DNA of 64,000 nt from Trichoplax sp. H2 (taxonomy: Eukaryota), in the NCBI GenBank assembly GCA_003344405.1, contig NOWV01000131.1:124001-188000 (forward strand). Direction: 5' to 3'. Under the pieces are notes generated by a model that worked only from the letters and a program-made list of their open reading frames with translations, did no database searches and had not been told where the DNA came from. Position numbers and translations under genes: made by a program. This document shows positions 46,362 to 58,154 of the stretch, piece after piece (positions within the stretch are counted from its first letter, which is position 1; each line of letters opens with the position of its first letter).

Positions 46362-47482
46362 CGCTTTTATGACAACGTAACCGATAAAACAGTGTAGCCA
46401 AAATTGGGTGAGCAAATACCAACCTTATAACTTGTCCAAGTGGTTGAACTCAAGACTTTCTGCTTTCGATAGATACTCGGTACGGTCGAACTTTTATTAC
46501 CTTAGCAATAACAGAGTAAAAACGGTAGCGCTATCGAAGTCATAGTGTATTATGTCAGGTCTACGTACAGTACACCAGGCTCATTGTAAGTCAACCCGAA
46601 ACCCGATTCGAGGGCGGGATTCGGGTTTAAAAATTGCTATTGTAATACAGCGTTTGCATAGCGATTGCACCATTTCGGGTTAGAAAATCAACAATTTGAT
46701 CGGGTTTTGATCGGTTTCGGATTTCGTTTTCACTCCACTTGGTTACAGTATAAAGTGCGCTTTGTCTTTACAGTACTGTACACTGTACACTGTACCGTCA
46801 GGGACTGTCCGGGACGGCCGGGCCGAGTGAGTTGTCATTTTTTTCTGAAATCTAGGACACTACTCTATGGTTCATACCAGTGTACGACGTACTGTATCAG
46901 TCCTTCTATCATCATACAGTTAACTAGCGAAAATGATGTCGTTAACAAAGCCCTCGTTTTTAGTGTCAGCCTACTACCGATTCTTTACCAAGTATGACAT
47001 CCTTTTTGCAAGACTGCCAAACCGGACTCAGTGTAGTAGTACGATGCAATACTAGTACAGTATAGTAGGCTTTGATCATAATTATAAATCAGTTATATAT
47101 ACATGTATATACTGTACATTATTATGGGTATCCAAGGTCTCGTCCTTTTATATAAATTTCACCATCAAACGGTCGAAAAAATGATCTACTTCCTGACTTC
47201 GTAAAAGATTCTATGACACTTTACTGTACATCATGGAGGTAAATAATAAATAAAAAAAAAACCCTAACCCTTTTACCTCAGTACTGTACTGTACTGTACA
47301 GTACGATAGTTACAGTACTGTACAGTATGTTACGGACTGTGAGTGTGACTGAGTAGCATACTGTACTATACTGACTTAACGAGAAGTCCGCACGTCCGCA
47401 CATCTGTCGTAATAATGAAGCATAGAGCGCATGACAGTATTGCTCATGCTCACTGACAAAGCTGGAGCGAAAGGCTTGATCG

Positions 47483-47491
47483 TTCTTTCTT
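47483..47491 (+). promoter_or_regulatory. TCT / 5'-TOP polypyrimidine initiator of RPS8
   Basis: TTCTTTCTT about 25-30 nt upstream of ATG 47515, the usual position in ribosomal protein genes. Confidence 0.5.
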
Positions 47492-47514
47492 GTCGCTACC
47501 TGTGGTCCAGCAAG

Positions 47515-49927
47515 ATGGGTATGTAGCCGACTCCTCTCCATGCTTTTATATTGCTCTAATATCACATCCATCGGTTACTTTTTCAGACATTTACATAACT
47601 TTTATGCTCGCTGTAGTCACTTTGAATCATCTTTTCTACTTAGTTTAATTTTTCCAACAGTCTTTTTGTAAATTTTTTCCGTTTTATTGATTAGCATTTG
47701 GTAAGAGTGTGCTCTTCGTTGCTATACTACCATTTCACTGAAACTATCCTGTACAATTATATGAATCACCCAGGACATGCTTTTTTGTACAATTTGCTAT
47801 GGCTATGAACAACATGCTCATAGTAATAATCGCGGAAGAGGGATTAGAGATACGTTCAGTTGACTACTCATGATCGTTTTTAGCAAGTAGCTCATTCTCC
47901 ATCACATTACAGTAAAGTGGCCTTATTCCCGTAATGATTCGTATAGAGTACAGGATTAGTTGGCGATACGACTAGTCGAGATTGGATTAGCTCGCTAATT
48001 CGTAGTATATGGAGACTTGGATGTCTATCTCTCTTGCGGTCGAACTTTGCCACTACAGTACTGCATAATTGACAGTAGTTGCAGTTTCTTTAAACAGGAT
48101 GCACGTTGATCATATATTTTGATGATAGTAAATGATGGTGTCCGATATGATGGATAAGTTTGACCTTGTGCATGTCTTAGTAATATTGAGTAAAGAGCAA
48201 ATCTATTTCTGCAGACTTGAGTGTTTTAGCAATCCGTTACACGCTAATTTAATGTCATATTCAAATACTGATGACGATAGGGTTATTAATTTTTATTGTA
48301 TGATTAACGCAGGTATTTCTCGTGACTCTTGGCATAAAAGGCGAAGTACCAGTGGGCGAAAAGCCCCTCTTCGTAAGAAGAGAAAGTTCGAATTGGGCCG
48401 ACAGCCTGCTATGACGAAGGTTTGTCGATCTGTTATTTAATTATCAACTCTTGATAAAAGCAAATAATAATCGATAGAACTACTCTGGTATTAAATTATC
48501 CTTCGTAGTATTGGGTATAAAATTTCTACTATATGCTTAACCGTAACTCCCTACGATTTACGACGCTAGTTGGCTAGAGTATTTTTTAGCATGCCTTGAC
48601 TATGCTATTTTTTAGCTTCCTGCGGTTGCAGTGTAAAAATATCATGCATATTGGCCTTATTAGCAGAAGCAATCGACGCAGTACTAATTCTGAAATGATA
48701 AAATACTGGTATTTTACCTTACAATTTAAATAGTTGAAAATAATAAATGCTACTTAATTTTTACGTGAAGTGAAGTGTTACACCAAATTGTTAGAATCAA
48801 GGGTAGGGAATACTGTAGAAAGTAATTTGATTGAGGTATCTATCTCTCGCAAGGCGTAATTTTTAGAGTATTTTCATGCTTCACGGATCACTTGTCGTTA
48901 TTATAAGTTTCAGTCTTGATTGTGCTTTTTTTTTACAAAGCTATTTCGTCCTTTTTAATTGTCATACTACTTTTATTCTTATTAGATGGGAGCTAAGCGT
49001 ATTCATACCGTACGAACTCGCGGTGGAAATTACAAATACCGCGCTCTACGTTTAGAAACTGGAAATTATTCATGGGCTTCGGAAGGTAAGTACTTACTAA
49101 AAGGACAGTCTTATTTAAATTCCTTGTCTTTTACTGAGCATAGAAAGACCAGTATATCTGACAAGATTGAAATTGTTAATGTAGCCATCAGCCGCAAAAG
49201 CCGTATATTAGATGTTGTCTACAATGCTAGCAACAACGAACTTGTTCGTACAAAGACTTTGGTTAAGAATTGCATTGTTCAAATCGACGCTACTCCTTTT
49301 AAGCAATGGTATTTATTAATGCTTACTTACGTACTATGTCATATATTTTATCCTAGATAATAAGTAGGCTGTCAATAGAGTGAATTTTAACTCGTCTAAG
49401 ATAATAATGATGCGCCCTACAAGATAATTTCAAGTACTAACTACCTTTATTCGACTTAACAGGTATGAGAGCCACTACAATATCCCTATCGTACGTAAAA
49501 AGTCGAAACAACAGCAGGTATTACTACGATGCTACTTCAATTTGTATACGCGTACATGTAACATTTAAGAACCCGCCATTCATATGCCTATGTAGACTAC
49601 GGAAGAAACTGAAGAGATAAGACGATCTAAGAGGGTAGAAAAGAAATTGGAAGCCAGAAAACGTTTTGCCAAGATCGCCTCTGCCTTAGAAGAACAATTC
49701 GGTACAGGACGTATTTATGGTAAGACATGTAGTACGATCAAATTATGAAATAATGTACACAAGTTAATACTGCCATTACTTGATAACATAACATTAATCC
49801 AATACAACCTATTGTAGCTTGTGTTGCGTCCAGACCTGGCCAGTGCGGTCGTTGCGATGGTTATATACTGGAAGGAAAAGAATTGGAATTCTATTTAAAG
49901 AAAATCAGATCGAAGAAAACAAAGTAA
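47515..49927 (+). CDS. RPS8: 40S ribosomal protein S8 (eS8)
   Basis: ATGG|GT at 47515-47518, then exons 48313-48419, 48986-49085, 49185-49308, 49463-49517, 49596-49719 and 49818-49927. Protein: [16 protein letters not shown]...[14 protein letters not shown]...[32 protein letters not shown]. Confidence 0.97.
47909..48060 (+). ncRNA. Candidate structured intronic RNA (H/ACA-like 3' domain) in RPS8 intron 1
   Basis: ACAGTA (H-like), then stem AGTGGC/GCCACT, an internal loop, stem CCGTAA/TTGCGG and internal hairpins; ACA lies 15 nt from the upper stem. Confidence 0.3.
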
Positions 49928-50825
49928 AATGTAGAACGTTTCTGTTCTTTCATTCTGGTAGATCTTTGTGTATATTTTACAAGTGGAATGTTGGAAATAA
50001 AATACTATTGACATAAAGCTGTTATGTTTGATTTCGATCTCCTACATTTGACGATGTGAGAAATCAACCCTGTGATAATTCGCTTTGCTAAGAAATCGCC
50101 TATGCAGCTTAGTTCTGCCTCAAGCTTTAGATTTTGCTGGAGCAATGTTATAATACAGAAGCTAGATAAAGTTCCAATTTATTGAGGCTGTACTAATCCT
50201 ATTAGAATGGTTTTACGCATTCTAAATTGTACAATCGAAATTACTGGTGCATGACACAAGAAGCAATTAAATTATGCGCTCTACATTCATAACAGGATAA
50301 TTAATATACTTCTTAGCTATTATATGAAGTTTAAGATTGCAAGTGCAATCTTTCAGTGTCGTAATCACAAACCTTACTATTAATTGATCATTTAATCTCG
50401 AACTATGGCAATCAAGCATCTACTGCACTATGTGCACAGGTTTCATGAGTAACTGCCTTTTCGCTATGACTTTATAGCGAGCCATAATCGATTGCGTGTA
50501 TTAGCAGTAATCATTTTGCATGGATAATACCAATGTTTACAAGAAATCGTCCTTATTTAGCGACACAAATCGCACAGAATAAGTATAAAATTGAATTTGC
50601 AGAGCAATAAGTTCGAGATATGCTAACGTGTTTCACTAACAATTTCCAATTACTGTAGCAATGTATTAACTGACGATCATCTACCTTATTTTGAATATTA
50701 TCTATTGGTACGAGCATTTTAGCAGCCTGAAACTGAATTATTTCACTTCGGTAATCGTATTCATGAAAGCATAATTGCCAATTCAGAAATATTAACGTAC
50801 ATGAAAGAGCCTTTCAAACTCTGAA

Positions 50826-52115
50826 TTAATTGCTAGATTCAGAAATGTTACAAGTAACTACTTTATGCCTGCCATATTTTCGCCAGTTAAAAGCATACCG
50901 CACAATTGTAAAAATTCCGAAGTAAAGAGAGCGAATATGATTAACTGTTAAAGATCGGATAAGAGCTAACTGCTCTTTAACTGTCAACACTGGAATAGAT
51001 GTTGAATTTATATTATTTCGAATGTTGGCTATAATGTCGAATAGCAGACCAAGTAATTTTTTTACACGCAACGCTTCTAAAACAAATACAATACCGCGAA
51101 AGGAATGGATACCCAAATTCAGTAAATATTTTAGTAATCGCCACAAATTACTTAAAGCGTCGGTTGTCTCTTCATCAATTAGAATCGTAAACAATAACTG
51201 CTCAATAAAGTCGTAAATTGAGATCCATGGAAAGGCAGAAGTAAACAATATACACACCGGTTTAAAGCATTTAAGCCAATAGTGGGTAAATCTCAACAGA
51301 GTCTGGTCCACGAAGGAAATGAAATAATCAAAGTAATGGCCCATAGCAATAACTAAAGGTTGTAATGAAACTTTAATAAAAGAGACATTCTTATATAATT
51401 GCCATGTCGCCCAAACTACCGAGAAAAGTGTATAGAGTACTACAATAAACTGTAGAAATTGACGAAATCTTTTACTGTAGAGAGCAATAGGGATATAGAT
51501 GATCCAGTGAGGTAAACCTTGTTGAACTATTCCAAGATTAACAACTCTCTTTTCTTGGATGAAGTCAATTTGCGTATTTTGACTATTAAAAATCAGATCA
51601 CTGGAATAACGATCACTTTGGGCATCAACATCTTTATCTTTGAATAACTTCTGTTTGGATTGTTGATGTTTCTCAGCTCGATAAATATTTTTACCAGGTA
51701 GTGAGTGATCGCTTATACTGTTAACGTCTTCAAAGATATTAGAAAAGCGATGCATACTGTGCAGAGACTCATCATTATTACAACGGCAGATTTGATGGTA
51801 CTTTTCTTCCCGGAAGCGAATGAACTGACTTAAAGAATCTCGCAACGTACCACAGTATTGAACATCTAACCTAGCAATAATAACGTCGGTCGATAAATAA
51901 TTCCGGCGAGAGCTACATTGGCCTGCGATAATAGAATTAAAAATAAATGGAGTCGATTTATGAAACTCGGCGATTAATATCAAGTCTAACGAATCCAACA
52001 TTTTTTCCTTGAAATTGGAATCCAATTTCAAGTCGATAGCTGATAGGCAATCAAAGCCATAATAACCACTACAAAATTGGCGTTTCTTTCCATCGACCAT
52101 TCGGACTAATAGCAC
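50826..52115 (-). CDS. Uncharacterized multi-pass membrane protein; 429-codon uninterrupted ORF, true start uncertain (first ATG 52100; possible acceptor near 52115)
   Basis: Long open frame in AT-rich DNA, with hydrophobic segments GLPHWIIYIPIALYSKRFRQFLQFIVVLYTLFSVVWATWQLYKNV and further C-terminal hydrophobic stretches. Confidence 0.7.
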   Translation of the reverse strand: MLLVRMVDGKKRQFCSGYYGFDCLSAIDLKLDSNFKEKMLDSLDLILIAEFHKSTPFIFNSIIAGQCSSRRNYLSTDVIIARLDVQYCGTLRDSLSQFIRFREEKYHQICRCNNDESLHSMHRFSNIFEDVNSISDHSLPGKNIYRAEKHQQSKQKLFKDKDVDAQSDRYSSDLIFNSQNTQIDFIQEKRVVNLGIVQQGLPHWIIYIPIALYSKRFRQFLQFIVVLYTLFSVVWATWQLYKNVSFIKVSLQPLVIAMGHYFDYFISFVDQTLLRFTHYWLKCFKPVCILFTSAFPWISIYDFIEQLLFTILIDEETTDALSNLWRLLKYLLNLGIHSFRGIVFVLEALRVKKLLGLLFDIIANIRNNINSTSIPVLTVKEQLALIRSLTVNHIRSLYFGIFTIVRYAFNWRKYGRHKVVTCNISESSN

Positions 52116-52758
52116 TAGTGGTCAAACGATTATTACGTAGCAAGCTGGAGTTGATTAGCAAACCATTACCTACTGTATATTGTAGTGGATTAATAATCGC
52201 TAGTCGTATCGACTGCAAGACCAGAACAAGTTTTGCAGGCCGTAGAAATAGGCAAGGAATTAGCTATAGTAACAGATAGGAGAGCGTTGGCTTGAAACGA
52301 CACTTACTAATAATTTGCTACTGAATCCAGTACTAGTGTTATACGGAAATACTTATATATCTTCAAAGTAGGGTAGTAGGTGTGCAGATAATTAAGAATC
52401 ATTATTACGATTAGGTTGAGGCATTTATCCACCATTATGCTCATCACAAGAATTTATGTTTTATTTGTCTAATAAAAGAGAGTAGATCGGTATAACATCG
52501 ACATATTACGATTCAAGAATGCAAAATCATTGCTATCAATATACGACATAATCATCAAGTGAAAGTGTTAGAATTCAAAAGAATATTAAACAGCTTTGAA
52601 AATGGAAGGAAACCGTAATGATAACCCTAACTTTTTATTTACATATTATTTTCACTAAAAATTGTAGTACTGTACCAGTTTACAAATAGCTGGACTTTTA
52701 TCCTAGATTTGCTATAGTAAGTATGTAATCTAAGGCGATAATATACTATCAAACAAGA

Positions 52759-55700
52759 CTAAGGTTCCGGAGGAGGTGGCGGAGGTGGTGGTGGTGCCTG
52801 TTGCTATAGAGTAAGTACAGTAAATTCACACATCAGAAGTTTCAACATGTCAGTTTAACGACAAATAATAGTTGTAATAATCTTTTACCCATGGAGCGGT
52901 ACCAGGAGGTGGAGGAGCAGTGACATTTTTTGAGTCAAATCCAGGCGCTGCAGCACCAGGTTGAAGCCAAGGCGCACCACCTGGATTAGGAACATTGGCT
53001 AGAATTAAATTAAAAGAGTAACCTCTAAGTATTTAATTAAAGTTATAATTGTCCAATAACTACGATTTATAGAGGTATGGTATTATTAAATTTAGAAACA
53101 GTGATGATAAAATTCAATGCGGTTGTAGCAAAAACTTAAAAAGATTTCATCTAATCTTCATAAATCAGCATCTGAACCTTGTTGCCAAGGAGCTGATGGT
53201 ACAGCCGATGGATTTGTGTCCGAAGCAGCTAAACCAGGAGGAGGGGGGTTACCGCTTGGTACTGAAGAGAATAATGTACTGTATATTATTTTCATTTGAT
53301 AAAGACAATAAATAAGTAAACGATTATGTAGCAAATGTTGATCTACCTGATGGACCATGTGGTAAAGGTTGTTGCATTGGTGGATATCCCCAAGGTTGAT
53401 AACCACCCCACGTAGGTTGAGGCATCATCGGATATCCATACGGAGGGAAAGCACCAAAACCGGGAGGACCAGGGGCCTAAGAAAAAGGTTGTAGTTATGA
53501 TTATATTAGAGAAAATATTCTTAAAATGGATAATATCGTGTCATATTAATATGTCTATATTATGAGAAAGAATTGTACCATAGGCATATTTGTCATAGGC
53601 ATCCCTGAAGCTGGAGGCATTGGATGAGGACCACCACTAATGGGTACAGATGTCGGAGCAGGAGCAGGAGCAGGAGCTGGAGGTGCAGGAACTGCTGTGG
53701 TAGAAGTAGTAGTTGCAATAGTAGCAGTTGTGATTACGGTATTAAGATTAGTAGCAGGAGTAGATGTCGCTGCACTAGTAGTATCTGGTTTCTTAGTAAT
53801 TTCTTCAGGGGCAGAGCCTTCACCCAGTTCGGCCATCAATGATAGGTACTGTGATAATCAATTACCATCAAGTTACGCCTTTCATTAGTGGTTAAGTTGG
53901 ATATCATTGCAAGTAAACTAATAACTACCAAATCGAGAGTATCACTACTTCAACAGATGGCCAATGTAACTATAATAATCGAGTACGTCACTAAACTTAA
54001 AGGTACCCATACCTCATTATCCATTTTTTCTCTATCGATAACAGGTTCTACTGGCTCGTTACCACCTTCTTCGTTACTTCTAATTAAATCAGTAAGGAAG
54101 TGTAACATATCTAGAATATCGTGTAATATATTCTTTATAGAATAATAAAACATATTTATTTCTTACTTTTGTTTACAATCAGTTGCTACATGGCCAATAC
54201 CACCGCATATGGTACATGCGATAGTACTTGTAAGATTTCGCTGCTCTGGGCATTCCCAGTAACGATGCCCAGTGGCTCCACAATTTCGACATCTATGTTG
54301 AATCATAAATAGAGTCAGGGATAATCAAACAATAAGTTTAGCTTGTAAGAAGTTATGCATACCTATTCAAATCTTCTTCTCTCAGTGTGCCATTTAATTG
54401 AGCTAGTTCACGAAGTTGCATACGTTTTAGATCATTTTGTCCTTCCGGAGAATCGATACCGCACTGAATTATTTCATGTATCTGTAGTTAGATAATAAAA
54501 TTTAGTTACAATGATAGTAGTGATTCTAGTAGTATATCTCCCAATCAGAAGTATGGTCAAAAATTTCGCAGACATATTGACGTAAAATATGTATCACTAC
54601 TGGTTCATGACTACCTTGTTAACGGCAATCTTAACACCGTCAGCGGTTGAGCCAGTAATCAGTGCATGTAAAGCTTCATCTTCACCAGAATTCGGCTACA
54701 ACAATAAATAAGTAGAATAAGTACATAATATCTAATTTATTCTCTAACGATTACTGAATCATAATAAAGCCTCTAAAACTTGTTTGTCTTAACCAAGTGC
54801 ATGTTAAGTCATTGCATCATACTGTAACAGTCTTGATTGCCTTACATATAATTGTGCTTTTCCTTCCTTTGTTGAGCCTTTTCCTCGTATCATTATCTTA
54901 GAGTTGCTCTAAAACAAATAAAGAAAATAGAAAACATTAAGCAGAAAGTAAGTCGTATAATTAGGCATATGTGGTGGTAATATTACTTCTTTTTCTATTC
55001 TCTTCAAGGTGTTTCCACTATGAAAAAGTAATATTGAATACATGATTAGTCCAAACAATAAAAGATTGACAACCTCAGCAAAGTCATTAATTTAATAGTC
55101 TTATTAAAGTTACCGAGGTCCAATAAGTAGTCCGATAAAGTTAATAGTAGGATAGTCATCCTGTGGGATCATCACCTTATCTTGGACCTTAATAGCCGGC
55201 GGCCTGAATGAATGATGTGAATCAGTTAATAAAATGAGGTCAAAATTTTGTACTTGAATCATATTGTATTGAAATCAATAAAATGTGTCATTACTAAAAT
55301 AGATTTATACCGATAATCTACAGGAGGTTTATAATTTGAATTCAAGGCCGATAATTCTTGTATGGCACTATGCCTTTCTTCTTCGAGTTTCTTCCTTACA
55401 CGAAATTCTCTGGTATTTAATCTTTTACCATCATTACTATAAAGTGGTTCCGGCGACGGGGAACTGTTCATTCAATGAAGATTTTTCAATTGATTAAAAC
55501 AATTGATGCATTTCGTATTTCATAATAAAAAGGGATAAATAAGCGTTTAATTCTATTACCGATCTTCCGGGTTTTCCGGAATACCTAAATCGCCAGTTCT
55601 TAACATTTTCGTAACTTCTTCTATCCTATATTGTACTATAAGCATGTCGTAATAAGATAAGTATTTACGTCGTGGGTAAATATCCATGTCTAATCTGAAT

Positions 55701-57049
55701 AAACTGAAGGTATATCCAGCAAGCCATATTCTGATGTGTACTACCTTGTATTGTAGTATTATTTATCACATTAATACTCGATTGCGAAAGCAAAAACTAG
55801 CATGCCCTTTATGGAATAACATTATGTATGCATCTATATGCTACATTCATTGACGTAGAGGAGCAGTAAAACACTTCTAAAGTTCTAGACGTCCTCGATA
55901 ATATGTATCAAGGCACAATTAAACCAGATATGGGAGTAGGGTAGACATAATGTAGTAAGAATCATTTATTACAGATGTCCATTAATACTGTCACCAAAAT
56001 TTATGAATGAACTTAGAGATCATTCATACGCAAGCTGTATGCGTAAATGTAGGTTAACTTAGATAATGATGACTTTAGAATTAACAATGGTGTCAGACAT
56101 TCGCAGACATTACACCAGCTGCAAATTCCCTTCAAATAATTTTAATGATAGCCATTATGTAGAAGTCTACCAACATGATCCTAAGTTATAGATGAGTACT
56201 AACTAAATAGAATGGTAAAGTTTTCAATCTGGAAATTCATCCATTACAATTTCACTTAGAATGTATTGGAAAGAGTAATAAAAGAGCGTATGCAATTTCA
56301 TTTGAACAACTCGAGCACTCTATTCTATCTACTCTTTTAATTTCAACGCTTTATTATGCAGCACGGTATGGCATATCATGGCAGTGAAGCGAATGATTAC
56401 TAGGATATTTGCTAGAACAACAACTAATCCGTAACTGGTCTTTCTACTTTGAGAGGGCATGAATAGAATGATATCATAACAAAGTAGTTGCACTTGTAGA
56501 ATGAGGTAGATAGGCCTATCGTATTGTACGGGTTGGAGTAAGTTGTAGAGAAATTTGGACAGATACTCACACAAGTATTGCTTTTTCTGATCCTCTGTAG
56601 CATTTGTCGGGATGACCGTGGGCATGCCTGGTAGAATACTTTTCGATTCTTCGGAAGCCCAACGACTTCTACGTTTTCTTTTTCTTTGAGCGTCTCCAGT
56701 TCCTAATATTATAATAATAGAAAAGAGATGATTTCAAGATGGGGCCCACTCGTTATAGTATAGTGTGATCCATCTGAAGCTATAGCATTGTCAATGATCT
56801 CAATCAAGTTACTGTACAATTTGGCAAACATTGCAACTATTTGTGCCTGCAATGGATTGGAGCATAGATCAACAATTTCAATGAAAGAATCATTTCTTGA
56901 CTGTGTATCAAGTATCGCCTAGAGTCGATAGCTATACAAGGGACTACAAGACTGGTGTCGTCTCCATTGTACATACCATCATCTGCTGAACGCTTGTACT
57001 GGATATCGTCGTTATTATTACCATTGCTACCTTGGATAACAGCGCTCAT
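52759..57049 (-). CDS. SF1: Splicing factor 1 / branchpoint-binding protein (KH-QUA2, two CCHC knuckles, Pro-rich tail)
   Basis: RKRRSRW (ULM), [36 protein letters not shown] (KH), [18 protein letters not shown] (QUA2), [14 protein letters not shown] and [14 protein letters not shown]; ends [10 protein letters not shown]. Confidence 0.95.
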
Positions 57050-57295
57050 TTTCTTGACTTCTTCAATGTGTGTAAGGCGTCTCAATAGAACTCTAGTTCT
57101 GCTACTTGCAGGACGATAAATAAAGACAGGAATCGATGTCGATTCTGTCAAGAAATTAAACTACTTGACCAGTGAGAAAGAGAAGGAAACCTTTCTTTCA
57201 CTTTGCACTTCACTCTTTTGAACACATGAAGTTGGAAGTAGAGTCGCGCGTGCAGTCAGGCGCGCAGTCCGTCACACAGGCCTTTTTCCACTGAC

Positions 57296-58045
57296 GTCCA
57301 ACTAGACTCACCACGGCCAGTCTGTCATTATACAGTACTATATAGTTGCTACCATGTTGCAGCAGCACCATGGTCGCCACCAGACCTACAGTACTGTACT
57401 GTAGGGACCAAAAAGAAAGAACGCAGAGTGCACAGTACGTACTGTACAGTAAAGTGTACAGAATTTCACCTTAAAATGACGAAAACTTGTACTGTACACT
57501 GACTTCTTGCTACCAGCTGAAACGCTTAACAGTGTATGACATACAGACTGACAGAGGGGACTCTACTTCGATTGACTTCCAAGTAGACTTACCACGGTCA
57601 CATTGTATTATACTATATAGTTGCGTCAGGTCTAGTTGCTACCATGGTTAGCACCAGCACCATGGTCGCCACCAGACCTAGGGACCAAAAAGAAAGAACG
57701 CACAGTGTACAGTACGTACATGTACTGTAATATACAGTATGACATACTGTACTGTATACAGACTGACGTCGAGGTAGTGTCACCACTGTCAGTCTGTAAT
57801 TTTATTGTACTATACAGTACAGTATTGTTGCTACCATTTGTGTGCCATGGTAGCTCACCAGGCCTAGGGACCAAAAAGAGAAGAACGCACAGTGCACAGT
57901 ACGTACAGTACACTGTAGTGTACAGTACTGTACTGTACTGTACAGTACAGAGAAAATTTCACCCCCAAATAATTAAAACGTGTACTGTACTGTACTGTTT
58001 ACACGGACTTCTTGCTACCACTTGAAACGCATTACAGTGTACTGT
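57296..58045. repeat. Three degenerate tandem copies (about 200-280 bp) in the SF1-CMC1 divergent promoter
   Basis: Shared anchors GTTGCTACCAT...CCATGGT...CCAG(A/G)CCTA..GGGACCAAAAAGA.AGAACGCA at about 57345-57425, 57635-57700 and 57827-57890. Copies 1 and 3 also share GACTTCTTGCTACCA..TGAAACGC. Confidence 0.9.
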
Positions 58046-58131
58046 TCTGAGTGTATTCGTTCTTTTCTCGAGTTGGAAATCGGAGGGGGAAGGGAGGGAA
58101 TTTTCTCTTCGAGTACTGTAGTCTCTGGTAA

Positions 58132-58154
58132 TAGGGTTAGGGTTAGGGTTAGGG
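58132..58154 (+). repeat. Short interstitial telomeric repeat (TTAGGG)~4
   Basis: TAGGGTTAGGGTTAGGGTTAGGG. Confidence 0.85.

Noticed and set aside
47260-48100. Telomerase RNA (CCCTAACCC template plus downstream H/ACA-like structure with a P6.1-like hairpin)
   Set aside because: The template-like sequence lies upstream of the RPS8 promoter and first exon. I found no template or pseudoknot inside the intron holding the structure.
53624-54145. Plus-strand ORFs with GA/RS repeats
   Set aside because: They are antisense to SF1 Pro/Ala/Thr-rich exons.
57296-58045. Repeat-spacer-like appearance suggesting a CRISPR array
   Set aside because: Eukaryotic context, only three long degenerate copies, homologous spacers and no cas genes.
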